Source of the DNA: the human T2T-CHM13v2.0 reference genome, Homo sapiens
Assembly: GCF_009914755.1 (NCBI RefSeq)
Contig: NC_060935.1
Strand: one strand, 5' to 3'
DNA length: 64,000 nt
Part shown: positions 37,878-53,340 of the stretch, in pieces
Numbering within the stretch: position 1 is the stretch's first letter
Layout of the letters: each line of letters starts with the position of its first letter
Position numbers and translations under genes: made by a program
Notes under the pieces: model-generated
Seen by the model: only the letters and a program-made list of their open reading frames with translations
Databases searched by the model: none
Told to the model about the DNA's origin: nothing

Positions 37878-38227
37878 GTATCAGCACCTGCAGATCAACA
37901 AGAAGATGACCAACGAGGTAGCCATCTTACAGCACTTGCCTGAGCGGCTGCGGGCAGAAGTGGCTGTGTCTGTGCACCTGTCCACTCTGAGCCGGGTGCA
38001 GATCTTTCAGAACTGTGAGGCCAGCCTGCTGGAGGAGCTGGTGCTGAAGCTGCAGCCCCAGACCTACTCACCAGGTGAATATGTATGCCGCAAAGGAGAC
38101 ATTGGCCAAGAGATGTACATCATCCGAGAGGGTCAACTGGCCGTGGTGGCAGATGATGGTATCACACAGTATGCTGTGCTCGGTGCAGGGCTCTACTTTG
38201 GGGAGATCAGCATCATCAACATCAAAG
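37878..38227 (+). CDS. CNGA4: CNGA4 exon 5: C-linker and cyclic-nucleotide-binding domain (FGEIS)
   Basis: ctctcag| acceptor, AAG|gtgggt donor, 350 nt. Confidence 0.96.
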
Positions 38228-39637
38228 GTGGGTATCCCAGTATTTGTTCCAGGGACAAGGATGGGTGGGGTAGGGGGGAACAGCAGAGCCCAGTGCTGGG
38301 ACCAGATAGTACTTCAGGCCTAAACTTCTGATTGAGGAAACCTGGCCCTTCTCTGAGTCACTAGATGGCTCAGGAGAAAAACAACACATAGAGGATCCAT
38401 TCCCTGAGAAGAAGCTGAGCCAAGGCCAGTGAACAGGGTGGGTTCGTGGAAGAGAGAGTAGACTTGCTCTGTGGATATTCACCTGAAGCACCAATAGACT
38501 AGTGGACAGTGATAGAGATAATAATAATAATAATAGCTAATATTTATTACCTGCTTACTGCATCCCCTTTTCTAAGTGCTTCACATGATATTAACTCATT
38601 ACATTCCCGCAGCAGTTCTATAAGATAAGTACTATTCTTATCCCAATTTTAAAGATAAGGAAATCAAACTCAAAGAAGTTGGGTAATTTGCCCAACGTCG
38701 CACAGGTATACACATGTGGGATGAGTGGAAAAAACAACCTTTTTACAGCCAAGTGGAAAGAGAAAGGTAGAAGAGAAGAAGTTCCCATTTACTGACCATC
38801 ACCTCTAGGCCAAGCCAGGTACTACCTACTGGCTTGCTTTTTCCTCTCATCAGCCCTGTGCAGTAGGAATTGTTATGCCTAATCACAGGTATTAGGCATG
38901 AGGTCGTGCAAGCAGGAAATCCTGCAAATGGGGTAAGCACACTGTCATGGACCGAGAAGCTGGATGTGCTCTGGCTCTCTCAGCATGAGGATTCTACCCT
39001 CAGGGATTCTGAAAGCCTCACATCTGTCCTCCAATGATCCCCTCAAGCTCCACATCCTGTATGTGGTAGGATGCTGTCTGTTTGACTTTGGACAAGTCAT
39101 TTCCCTATTTAGGCCTCAGTTTAATCACCTATCCAATGAGGACAATAATAAAAACCCAATGAGTTATTTGTGAGAATAAATGAGCTATGTGAGTGAGGCA
39201 TCCAGCGCAGTGCTTGGCATACAGCAAGTGTTCAACAAATAGTAGCTCCCTTTCCCTTGTCCAAGGTCCTTCTAGCTCTAAGACTTTGCAGCATTCAGCC
39301 TCACCTATCTCCCCACCCATTCTCCACCAACATCTTTCTAAACTGCAAAGGATATCATACAGCTCCCTGCTTAAAATACTTCAATAGTTTCCTACTGCCC
39401 TCAGCATAAGGCCTGAACTTCATGTCATGGCTTATGAGACCCAGTGTGACCTAGATCTCCCCTCTCTCCACCCTCCCCACACTCTGCGCTTCTCGCACTC
39501 TGAACTGCTTACTATTTTCTGCATCCAACTGACTCTTTTCTACCCCCTTCCCTCTGTTCCTGCTCCTTCCTCTGGCTAGATTGCCCTATCCCCACTTGTC
39601 CCCCTCCTCCCCCTAGTTACCTCCTACTCAGTTCAGG

Positions 39638-40037
39638 TGTATGAGACTGTTCTTGCATTTCTATAAAGAAATATCTGAGACTGGATAATTTATAAAGAAA
39701 AGAGGTTTAATTGGCTCACAGTTCTTCAGGATTTACGGGAAGCATGGTGCTGGCATTTGCTCAGCTTCTAGGGAGGCTTCAAGAAGCTTATAATTGTGGC
39801 AGAAGGCAAAGGGGGAGCAGGCATGTCACACGGTGAAAGCAGGAGCAAGGGTTGGGGGAGGTGCCACACTTTCAAACAACCAAAACAACCAGCTCTCGAC
39901 TCACTAACTCAAAGACAGCATCAAGCCATGAAGGATTCGCCCCCATAATCCAATCACCTCCCACCAGGTCCCACCCCCAACATTGGGGATTACATTTCAC
40001 ATGAGATTTGGGCAGAGACAAATATTCAAATTATATC
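39638..40037 (-). mobile_element. MST-family (ERVL-MaLR) solo LTR in CNGA4 intron 5
   Basis: 'ctataaagaaatatctgagactggataatttataaagaaaagaggtttaattggctcacagtt...cattggggattacatttcacatgagatttggg'. Confidence 0.85.
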
Positions 40038-40395
40038 TTAGGACATCCCTTCCTCCAGACTTCCCTAAATTCCCTGCCTTACAGTTTGGTAGGGGCTCTT
40101 TGCCTACCTTTCCACAGCACCTGATGAACATGTCTTCACTGCACCAGCCATACTGTTATATAACTATTCCAATATATGTGTATCTCCTCTAGACTGTGAA
40201 TTATTTGAGGCAGGTCACTGATACCTACCCAGCATGGAGCCTGGTCCCCAGTATGTTACTAAATGAAAGAATTAATGAGGCAGAAGGAGAGGCTCAGAAG
40301 CACAAATATGGAGGTGAAGGTCCTGGTTCAGGAGTGAAATGCCACCTCCTCACCCTCCTACTAACTGTCCTCCCATCTCTGCCCATGAGCCACAG

Positions 40396-40856
40396 GGAAC
40401 ATGTCTGGGAACCGCCGCACAGCCAACATCAAGAGCCTAGGTTATTCAGACCTATTCTGCCTGAGCAAGGAGGACCTGCGGGAGGTGCTGAGCGAGTATC
40501 CACAAGCACAGACCATCATGGAGGAGAAAGGACGTGAGATCCTGCTGAAAATGAACAAGTTGGACGTGAATGCTGAGGCAGCTGAGATCGCCCTGCAGGA
40601 GGCCACAGAGTCCCGGCTACGAGGCCTAGACCAGCAGCTGGATGATCTACAGACCAAGTTTGCTCGCCTCCTGGCTGAGCTGGAGTCCAGCGCACTTAAG
40701 ATTGCTTACCGCATTGAACGGCTGGAGTGGCAGACTCGAGAGTGGCCAATGCCCGAGGACCTGGCTGAGGCTGATGACGAGGGTGAGCCTGAGGAGGGAA
40801 CTTCCAAAGATGAAGAGGGCAGGGCCAGCCAGGAGGGACCCCCAGGTCCAGAGTGA
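40396..40856 (+). CDS. CNGA4: CNGA4 exon 6: CNBD end (RRTANI) and C-terminal leucine zipper; stop TGA
   Basis: ccacag| acceptor; total CDS 1728 nt = 575 aa. Confidence 0.96.
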
Positions 40857-41029
40857 CCCCATCCCCATCCCCAGGATTCCCACCTCCTAGTGAATCCAGA
40901 GTTGTAGTAAAGCCTAACTGCTGCAACTCTGTCATCCTGTCTGCGAGATCACAGACACAGGAGCGAATTGGTCTGTAGATGCCCAGCTAGAGATATAGGA
41001 GTTTAACGCACATTCAGCCCCCACTTACC

Positions 41030-41032
<3 letters not shown>

Positions 41033-41074
<42 letters not shown>
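41033..41074. repeat. (CA)n microsatellite in the CNGA4 3'UTR
   Basis: ~21 uninterrupted AC units. Confidence 0.95.
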
Positions 41075-41076
<2 letters not shown>

Positions 41077-41396
41077 TTGCTCATAGACCTGTTGGCCCCA
41101 AGACTGTGCATTCCATCTAAAATGCTCTGGAATTTCCATTCTCAGAGCACACAGCACACATGCTTTCTCACAAGCACCGATGTATCTTACACCCACATAA
41201 TATATACACATTCAGTCATGCACCTCCTAAACACACATATGCTGACAGTCATACACTGATAGACACAGATGCCCTTCACAGGTGTGCACACACTTGTGAA
41301 AACACAAAAGCACACCCTGAGCCCTCTAGGTCTAAGATGTCTTTTGAATGTTTCCCATATGGGCGATTCACAAGTATACCCTGAAAGTTGCACTTC

Positions 41397-41402
41397 AATA
41401 AA
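41397..41402 (+). terminator. CNGA4: CNGA4 polyadenylation signal AATAAA
   Basis: First AATAAA after the stop codon. Confidence 0.7.
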
Positions 41403-43212
41403 GTATTTGCCTCCTCCCTAAGCATTTATGGGGCTGGAAAGAAAAGGCAAAGTCAATGGTGGGCCAGGATGGATTCTGTCTGAATTCTGAAGTCTGAAGC
41501 CTGAATTCTGAGTCAAAGAGGTGATGAGCATGAACTGTGTAGTAGCTAGTGGGTTAGAGTCAGAGACGAGGTACCTGAAGAATAGAGAATCAATACTCAG
41601 CCTAGGCAAAGCAGGCTCTCACATCACACTGCTGTAAGAGTGCCCATGCACACTGGCCTTTGCATCCCACACCGGAGCATATGTTCTCGATTTATAAGCT
41701 CTGAGGGGTTTCATCTAGTTAAAAGGGCCCGAGCAGATACTTCTTCTTTTTCTTCCCTCTGGCCAGCCCTGGAGCCTGGATCCAGGGCTTCCCTGTGTTC
41801 AGGGCTGATTCCAAGAGGAGAATAATTCCATTCTCCCAACAGAAAGAGGGTGAATAGTTCCAACAGGACCGTTCACCTGGCCCAGCCCTACCATGACAGT
41901 TGTTGGAACTGGTGTTGGTGCTGGTGGAAATCCAGCCCTTCTTCTTTGCACAGTATTCCAAAATATAGGGGAGAGTAGAAACTAGGTGCAATGGAATATT
42001 ACGGTCAGAGGCAATTAGAGATGAGGGTGTTGGGAATTTTGGAGTTAAATCTGGTGTACTTGGAAGGAGGTCTGCACTTGGGGCAGGAAAGATATCATAG
42101 GTTCTATGGGGAGGAGTCTGGTATCATGTCTGAACCAGATTCACCCTGAGTCACCACTGCGCTCCTCCAGGGCCTGGCCAGTCTTGAAGTCTGAGCTGTG
42201 CCAAGTAGTAGTTTAAAAGGTATCCAGGATTTAACTTATAGATATAACTGAGTGATGTGTCTCTACTCTCAGGGGAGATTATGAGGGTAATCACACTTTA
42301 AATCATCTTAAAATACATAGTTTTTTTGTAATATGTCCTTCTCACAAAATATAAGATCCACAAGACCAACACTGGGTTTTTCTTGTTCATCTTTGTGTCC
42401 CCAGGGTTGTGCCTGGCATCTAGTAAGTACCCAAATATATATTTGGTAACCAAAGAAGAGAGAGTTGAAGCAGATAGAGGACAAATGTTGAAGGAAGATG
42501 TGTGTCAATTTCTTGAGAGGTTTTTCTATCATCTCTGCCCTCATATCATCTTGAACTAGAATGGATGGGTACATCATAAAGGCCATTTGGGTGGCATCTG
42601 ATGGATTTAGGGAGTTGAGAACAAGTTTTTCACTGACATATTACAATGTGCACACCTATCCCCAGCGAAGGCTGTCTTGGAAAAGCTGGCCTCTGCCACG
42701 CCATCTAATCCTGGTCTATAGCACTAGCAGGGTGATAACTGGTTATCTGGCATTTTATGATTGCAGAAACAAAACTCTCAAAGGGCCAGCTATCCATTTT
42801 GCTCTGCCTCTGCTATTCCAGGATGAGGAGATCAGAATCTTCATGGTGGAGCCACCATATCATAAGATACCTTGAATAGCATCAGTTGCTTTCTGAGGTC
42901 CTCTAGTTGTAGAATTGTTTTTATCACTCTGTTGAAGACAATATTTGGACAATTTGGGATCAAGCTGGGTAAAATTAGGTCAGGATATTCAGAACTGAAC
43001 ACAATTTTAAGTTCCTGGAATAATCAAGAAATAATAATAAATTCTTTTAGTCCAAAGAATATTAACTAATGTGTATCAAGCACTAGGCTATACACTTACA
43101 AATGTGGCCAAAAATTTTATTAAAATTTTCATTTGGGTTTTGTTAATTTTATCCCTCCTCCCATCATAAGAAAGGACCTAAATCTTTGCATCACTTAAAA
43201 GTTAAAGCTTTT

Positions 43213-43505
<293 letters not shown>

Positions 43506-43584
43506 TTACAGCTTTTTGAATTATAGGATCAGAAACAGAAATTGACAGAAACTTTTTGCCAGAGATTTTGTGGGAGTCTTGGAG

Positions 43585-43910
<326 letters not shown>

Positions 43911-44059
43911 TAGGGCTCCTAGGATTTCACTAACGATGGAGTTAGGGGTAAAATGTGCCCTGTTGTCTGTGAGAGCTTAAGAAGAGTTTAAGAAGCGGAA
44001 GTTTCTTCTGACAAGGGGAGATTCCCTAAGACAAGGAAAAGGAATGAGATTCTTGACAG

Positions 44060-44085
44060 TTATATTAGTTTTTTGTGGGGTTTTT

Positions 44086-44117
<32 letters not shown>

Positions 44118-44655
44118 TGCTGCTGTAACATATTACCACAAATTTAACAGCTTAAAACAGTACCCATTTATTCTCACAGTTCTGTGAGTTAGAAAAATCC
44201 AAGCCAGTGTCAGTCAACTAGACCTCTGTTCGGGGCCTCCAAATGCTGAAATCAAGGTGTCAGATGGACTAGGCTGTTACCTGGAGACTATAGGGAAGAA
44301 TCTGCCTCCAAGTTCATTCAAGTTGTTAGCAGAATTCAATTCCATTGACTGTAGGACAAAGATCTCTGATTCCTTGACACATGGCCCCTTCATCTTCAAG
44401 TCAACAAAGGCATATGAAATCTTCCTCATTCTTCAAATCTCTAATTTCCCCCTTCTACTACCAGGCTAAGAAAGATCTCTCCTTTTTAGGGTTCATCTGA
44501 TTAGAGTAGGTTCATCTAAATAATCCAGAATAATCTCCCTATTTTAAGATCAACTAATTATTAACTAACTTAATTACCTTCTCAATGTCCCTTTTGCCAT
44601 AACCCTGGGAATAACATCAGAGGGCAAAAGTAATAGAAGTCAAAATTCTACCACA
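44060..44655 (-). mobile_element. MLT1-family LTR
   Basis: 'gctgctgtaacatattaccacaaatttaacagcttaaaacagtacccatttattctcacagttctg...aatctccctattttaagatcaact'. Confidence 0.7.
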
Positions 44656-44979
44656 GGATTTCTAAGGGAAAAAAGCAGCCTAGACTCCACTTTCTATGAG
44701 GGGCCAAAATAGGGAACACTAAGAGTTGAGTCTTTGGAAAGAACTGGAGAATGATCACTATGCTGGAACAGGTACTGGAGACTCAGAGCAGCATCCCCTA
44801 GAAGTGTGCAGGCTTGAACAAGGCACATACCAGCATTATCAGCATGCTCCAAAGACCAGAGGCCCTGCCCCAGATGTTCTGTTCAACATAAAAGCCCCAG
44901 AGACTTTCGCAAGGCCCTAAATTGGGAAAGAGAGTGGGAAGAAAGCCCAAAACACAACTGAGATTAAATCTCCCACATA

Positions 44980-45870
<891 letters not shown>

Positions 45871-47113
45871 GATAGATAGATAGATAGATCTTTCATAAAG
45901 TATTTAAAAGTTTAAATGAGAATTATCTGATTTAGACAATCAAATGTCTAATTTTTTACACACTGTTGTGGAATAATTCACAAACTGCTCTACATGTATT
46001 ATCTGATTTGGTTCTTAAAACAATGTGAGGAAATTTAAATTATTATTAATTCTATGATGCTGATGATGCTGATGATGTGGTGATGATGCTCCTCTTTCCA
46101 GATCAGGAATCTGAAGCCCACAGAGCCACTAAAGATATTAGATCGGATTTATTGAGAAGTTACTTTATGCCAGATCCTGGGTTAAGTGCACAGTCTCGAT
46201 CCTAAAACTATATGAGAAAGATGTCATCATTACCCCATTTTGAGATGAGGAAACCAAGATTCTGGGATTAGATAACTTGCCCAATATCACAGGTCCCTAA
46301 GTCACATGGAATGAAGCCCAGGTCTTATCTTTTAGGGAGATAAGGAAAGGAATCACCTGGTTTGAGGCCAGGGCCAAGCAAGCTCTTCCCTTCTTGAGAA
46401 TGACTATCAGAGGCAGTAATTGCAGTAACCAGGGGGAAGAAGCCAGCTGTGCCAGCGAAAGCTTGTGAGTCACTGGCGAGGCTGCCTGCCAGCAAAGATA
46501 AAGGACTACCAGCTACTCTGGATAAGAGCTCCAGGATCTGCACAAAATACAGCTGTGAGAGGAGGGCAGGAGTTTGAGAGCCACGGCTAGATTTCTACAG
46601 AGGTGTCAAGACTGTTCTAGGGCCTTCCTTCTGAGAGCCCCACTACTTTGGGCTTAGCTCTGTTCCCTCCTACAGGACCTGGGGCCTCACTTACTTATTT
46701 CCTTGGGTCCTTAGGAAACCTCAGCCTGACTAAGATTTGGGATGTAGACTCCTCCTTGGTGTTCCCAGTTAGCTACTCCCCCACAGAATCTTCTTGGACC
46801 CACCACACCCCACCCTTTCTTTCTTGGGGTTTGGCTGCTAGCCCCATAAGGCAGATGGAAATAAAGTATCAAGCTTGGGAGGAAATCAGATTCCTAGGGA
46901 AAGGGGCCATTCAATCCAGTGGAGTGTTTGCTCCTAGTGCAAACACTAGGAGCCAGAAGCAGGAGGCAGGGTGGGAGGATTCTAGTTTGGGTTAAGCTGG
47001 AGTTTGGCTTGAGGCTAGGATCAGAGGTGGTGGTCAAGCTGGGTTAGAGCTGGGATCAGAGCCATGACCCACGTCAGGGCAAATGTTAGGCTGGCCTTAA
47101 AAAACAACATATA

Positions 47114-47522
<409 letters not shown>

Positions 47523-49856
47523 TCAGGGTTGTTTAGAGAAATGCTGAAGATTTAAAAATCTAAACAAGATAATGAATGTAAACTGCCTACTAGTGCCTAG
47601 ACGGTGATAATTTCTTAGTAATTAACAGTAGCTATGACTATTACTCGTGTCCCTCTAGCAGCTATTGTGTCTTTGAGGGCCCTGGGCACAGGTTGTCCTG
47701 CTCTGCTTGTCCCAGGCCTCTGGCGGGGCTTCCAGGTTGTGCAGGCAATACCAGGTCTGACCAGCAGAGAGCAGAAGGCACTTCTTCCTTCCTTCCTTCC
47801 AGCTCACTCCCAGGCCTTTGGATTACATTGCCTTGAAAAGCTTGGAGAATTTCTCAGGGAGAAATGGAATCTTAGGGACAGGGAACAACGTTGGGGAATT
47901 GTGATCTCAACTGCTCTTGTTTAAGCTTTTTTCACAATGACTGAAATATATCAGTGGTAATGCTGAATGACGTTACTGAAGAGGATGTGCTAATCAGAGC
48001 CTAAAGCAGCCCTGTCGCAGTCAGCACCACTGAATGACTGGGAACATTCAGACAGCCCCTCACCAAAGTTTGAAAATTCTTTGTGCTTCTCACCACTAGT
48101 TCACATGAACCCTCTCTGTGTCTGTCTTCACCTTTTCAGTCCCCATACCTTGGCCTGTTGTCCTCAGCCTTTTCTTCACCAGTATGTCCAACAGACAGGG
48201 CCCCAGAGGCTATTAGCTTGTATGCATTCATGGAAGCCTTCTCTCGGAATGACCTCCTGTTGGCTTTCTCAACCTTTGAATGAGGCCCTGACCTGGGAGA
48301 TCTAGGCCTCTCTTGGCCTACCCGTGAGGGTCTACATCTGAAGTCAAGTATCCAGCCAGAGCCAGCCCCTGAATGGGTGCCTCTGCTCTTCCCCAGCACA
48401 AGCCCCAGGCTTCTGAAAGGCCAGTCCTTGTCCTGGTTTCTTTCGTCTGCTCAATAGCCCTGCCTGCTCTGGCTCTAGCCCATCTGCCTTCTCAGCTGGC
48501 TTCCTCTGTTTAATCATCCCAAGAGAAGGGCCTCCTGTTTGGGCAGGGAATGTGTGGGCAGGAGCTCAGCACAGAAGCAAGTCTGCATGTCATAGAAATG
48601 CAGAGAACAGAAGGCCTTGAAAGATATAAGGAGAAGGTGGCCTAATCAGACACAGAGGGCGGGGCTGAGCCAATGGGAAAAAGGGCAAGCTGGGCACCCC
48701 AAGGACTAAACTGTAGCTGATTTCTCTCCTAGCGCCAGACCTCAGCTGCACGTGTGTGCGTCAGAACCAGGAGTGCTGGAGGCAGAGCGTATTACATGAC
48801 CCTCACACTACTGGGAATGTAAACACTGGGTTTCCTGGTTAAAGCACTGATATTTTGTGGACCTTGCAAGCTACCTAGAATAAGCAGTCCCTTATAAAGC
48901 AGCTTATCTGGCACTGTGCATGAGGCAGTAGGTTCTGCTCTCTGCGGTTGTTTCCCATGAATATTTACTGAAGTTTTATTTCAATGTTCCCCTCTTATCT
49001 CAGTTGTGATATAGAGTATTGAAAGAAGGATCGTGTGCCCACATTTGGGCCAATGGGGCAGTACCATGGGAGATTGAGACTTCCCAAAAGGGAAAGTAAA
49101 TTGTTCTAGCTACAAGAGTCAAGCTAGGTGGTCCAAAATCCCCCTCTAAAAAACCAAAACCAAAACTAAAACCAAATAACAAACAACCTTGGCAGGTCAA
49201 AGCTTGAGTTAGAAAGACAGATTCCCTCAGGACTGAGCCCAGGCCTACTTCAGGACCTCTTGCATGTGCTTCCTTGACCTCTTAGTTTTCTGACTTGTTC
49301 CTGGACAAGGGTCCAAGTCTCTTTCATATGCCTTTGCCCACATTGGCTTTGCAATTCCTTCCTTACTCCGATCTAAAGCATCCCTATTTTCTTGCCCTGA
49401 GATATCCCATTCTCTCCAAAATGCTGGCTTATGTCTAGCAAAGGAAGTATAGATGGAATTTCATGATTTCGAGAAATGAGTTATACCCTTTTAGCACTAC
49501 ATTTTCATTCCTTTCCCCTCCATCCTCTGCTCCCCCTCCCTTCTTCACTATAGCTATTACTTGTTTTTTATTTTCCCTTTTACAAAACATCTTGAAATCA
49601 ATCTACACATGCCATCTCCTAGCCCTCACCTTCCATAACCCATCTGCATTTAGTTAGAGGGGAGAATATGGGCAAGATACAAAGATGATGAAAACTTGGC
49701 ATCCACAAGGAAAATATAAGATATTTGAGGCTCCTGAAGCCAAGTGTGACCATCCAGCTAGAGCCAGTGTTTGGGTGTGAGAGTAAACAAAAGATAGAAA
49801 GTAAGTAATGACAGTAGTGTGACGAGAAGTCTGAGAAACTATTGGAGAAAGGGACA

Positions 49857-50210
49857 TGTATTAGTCAGCTCAGGCTGCCACAGCAAGACACCACAGACTG
49901 GATGACTTAAACAACAGAAATTTATTTTCTCACAGTTCTAGAGCCTAGAAGACCCAGATCAAGGTACCAACACATTCAGTTTCTGGTGAGGGCTCTCTTC
50001 TTGGCCTGCAGAAAGCATCCTCACATGGTCTTTCCCCTGTGTGTGGCTTGCAGGGGGAAGAGGTGGCAGGGGATGAGGGAAATGGTGGATCAGAAGATAT
50101 CTGGTGCCTCTTCCCCATCTTGTAATGACAACAGTTCTAGCCCCACCCTTATAACTTTATTTAACTTTAATTACTTCTTTAAAGGCCCTATCTCCAAATA
50201 CAATAACAAG
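49857..50210 (-). mobile_element. MLT1A/B-like MaLR LTR
   Basis: 'tgtattagtcagctcaggctgcc...accacagactggatgacttaaacaacagaaatttattttctcacagttct'. Confidence 0.75.
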
Positions 50211-51973
50211 GGCAGGAGCCAGACCCTTGGAATATAATTCTCTCTTCTCCATGTCCAGCTGAGATTTTATGGCCCGTTTTTTCACACTTGTCCCTTTATT
50301 TTGCCATTCCATTCATCTGGTAAAATTCCAACTTTGGATGAACCAAACCATCAACATTCTCCTTGCTTGCATCCAACCAGCTGAGCTCTGCTGAGAAATT
50401 GATCCCACTAGAAATTTGTAGTCATCACCCCTTAAGTGGGCCCTCAGTATTTTCCTATTATTTCACTACATTCCTCAGGTCTCCTTTTCCCTTCTCCCAT
50501 TATATATTGTTTTCTTAAACCATCTTGACTACTAAAAATTTTCATCACACGCACACACACAAACACACACACACCACTCTCTGATAACCAGATCTCCAAC
50601 TCCATAGCAAAAATAAAAACTATCAGACAGCAGCTCCCTACCAAATCTACAAACAACTGTCTCAGTTAAGATGCAGGTTAGGTTGCCCTGACAATAGAGG
50701 AAAAAAACTGTAACGAGTTAAGACTGCAGTTTCTTTTTCATGCAGAAGAATCAGGGATGATAAAATGGTTTGAGAGTATAGGAGACCCAGACTCCTTCCA
50801 TTTTGTCACTCTGCCATCCCTAATATGTTACCCTCACTGCATGATTGAAGGTGGCTTGCTTTCCTATTTACATTCCTATTGCCCTCCCATAGGGGCAAAG
50901 AGGAAGAGAAGGTCCATTTCTCTCCTTTAAGACCTTGATGTGGAAGCTGCACATATCACTTCTACCTACAGACACTACCTAGTCATAGTGTGCATTTTTT
51001 GCACTTAGCTGCAAAAAGGTCTAGGAAATGTAGCGGTTAATTTGTAGGCCATAACTTATTTTCATCTATAATCATCTTTTTCTACTAATTTCCTCTCACA
51101 ATTGAGTCTCTACTGCAATCAAAAGCTAGGATCCTCCACTTCCGCTCTGGATTGCATACATCCCTGACTTCTCAGGAACCTTGCATTATTAATTAGCCAT
51201 TCTCCTGTATCTTTAGTCTTTTTATATATTGGAGTAATTCCATCTGCCAAAAAAATGAAAAAAAGAGAAAGAAAGAAAGGAAGAAAGAGAGAAAGAAAGA
51301 AAAGAAAGTTCAAGTCCACCCATCTTAAAAAAAAAAATCTTTCATTTGACATCCTCTTGCAGCTCTATCCCCTTTCCTTAGTAACTACATTTCTTAAAAA
51401 CTTGTCTGAAGTCATTTACTCCACTTCTTCCCACCATATTCAGTTTTCAGGACATCTACCCTGCCTTCTGCCTCAACAACCTCACTAAAATGGCTCTTTC
51501 TAAGGTTGCCAAAGATCTCCAGGTTACTAATTTTGGACCACATTTCTCATTCCTCATTTTGCTTACCCAGGAGCAGCATTTGAATGAGTTCACCAGTTTC
51601 TTCTTGCACCTCTTCTCTTTTAGCTTTTATGATGCTTCACTCTCTGGGTTTCCTCCTGTCCCTCTGTCTACTCTTTCTTGGTGTCTTTTGCAGGCTCATC
51701 TTTCTCTATCCAGTCTTTAATAATGACCTCTAAAAGTCTGACTTGATCCTTCATTTGTTCTTATTCTACACACTCTAATTCTGTGGTTTGCATTACTTCC
51801 TATATGATCTGTATATTTAGCTTCCTAATGGAATTCTACTTAGGTATCTAATAGACATCTGAAACTTAATATGTCCAAAACAGAACAGATTTGATGGTGG
51901 GAGTTTCTCTGTGCTAGTTACTATTTTCTCTATGAAGTTGGAGTCTAGGTTGAGAGTGAAGAATGCTCTGTGT

Positions 51974-51976
<3 letters not shown>

Positions 51977-52007
<31 letters not shown>
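51977..52007. repeat. (TG)n microsatellite
   Basis: Directly visible. Confidence 0.9.
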
Positions 52008-52008
<1 letters not shown>

Positions 52009-52699
52009 AGGGTGGGAGAAGAAATTAGAGATTTTATGAGACGAGAAAATTTAAAAACAATATTGTGTAAAATGAGAGAAAGAAGGTAATCAGGGAAATT
52101 TGGTAAGACATCTACTCATTCTAAGCAGCACAGTATGAACAACTGAATTCTGATTTCCAAAATCCCTGACTTTGACTTCTGGCTCTTTCACCTAGTAGCT
52201 TTGTGGCTTTGGGCAAGTTACTTAAACTCTCTCTAAGCCATAGTTTTTTCATCTAAAATAGTGATCAACAATATTGGACCTAAATTCATGGTTCTTCATG
52301 AAGATTAAATGTACTTACAGGTAATGTGCCTTGAACATCATAGGTGATCATCAAATAGTTTATATTGAGTTACCAGAAACCTTATTCATTTTTTATCTCA
52401 TCCTTCTTTCTCACCCTCCACATGCAAATTATCTTTAAATTCTGTTTCTACCTCCTAGATAGGTCTTAGATCAATCTTTTCCACTACGTCCATGACTTTA
52501 GGTCAAGCCACTACCATCTCTCACCCAAATTACTGTCATAGACTCCCAATTGGTCCCACCTTTTAAGTTGCTCCCCACACTAACTCCACTGCAATCTTTC
52601 CAAATCTTTCTAAATCTTAACAAATTTCCAATGCTCCCAATTCTTCCTTGCATGGCTTGCAAGAGTCTGCATTTGCTGCCTCATGAGATAGAAGGTGTA

Positions 52700-53340
52700 T
52701 GATTTGTCTGTTGCTGTTGTAATAAATTACCATGAATGTAGTGGCTAAAAACAACACCCATTTATTAGCTCACAGATCTATTGGCCAGAGGTCTACACAG
52801 TGTGGCTGGGTTCTCTGCTCAGGGTATCAGAAATCAAGGTTTCAGCCAGACTGAATTCTCTTCTACAGACTCGGGGGAGGACTGAAGTCTCTGTTCTTTT
52901 GCTGGCTGTCAGCTAGAGACTGCTGTCAACTAGAGGCCACTCTCAGGGCTTGTCCTGTGCCCTCCTTCACCCTCGAGCCAGAAAACAGCCACCATTCGTT
53001 CCTTGCCACATTATCCCCTCCATCTTCAAGCTATCAACAGTGTGTTGAATTCTTCTCATTCTTCCAATCTCTTTGATTTCCTCTTCTGCTACCAGCAAGA
53101 AAAAAAGAACCCTTGGCTTTTAAAGAACTCATGTGACTTGGTTAGGACTAGCCAGATAATCTGTCTATCTTGAGATCAACTGATTAGTAGAATTAACTCC
53201 ATCTGCAAAATCCCTTTTGCCATATAACATAATTGTGGGAGTAGTATCTCATCATATGCACAGGTCCATCCACACACAAAAGAAGATTATATAAGGGTGA
53301 CAGTCATTGGTGGTCATCTTCTAATTCTGCCTACCCAAGG
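52700..53340 (-). mobile_element. MLT1-family LTR
   Basis: 'gtggctaaaaacaacacccatttattagctcacag...atctgcaaaatcccttttgccatataacataat'. Confidence 0.7.
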
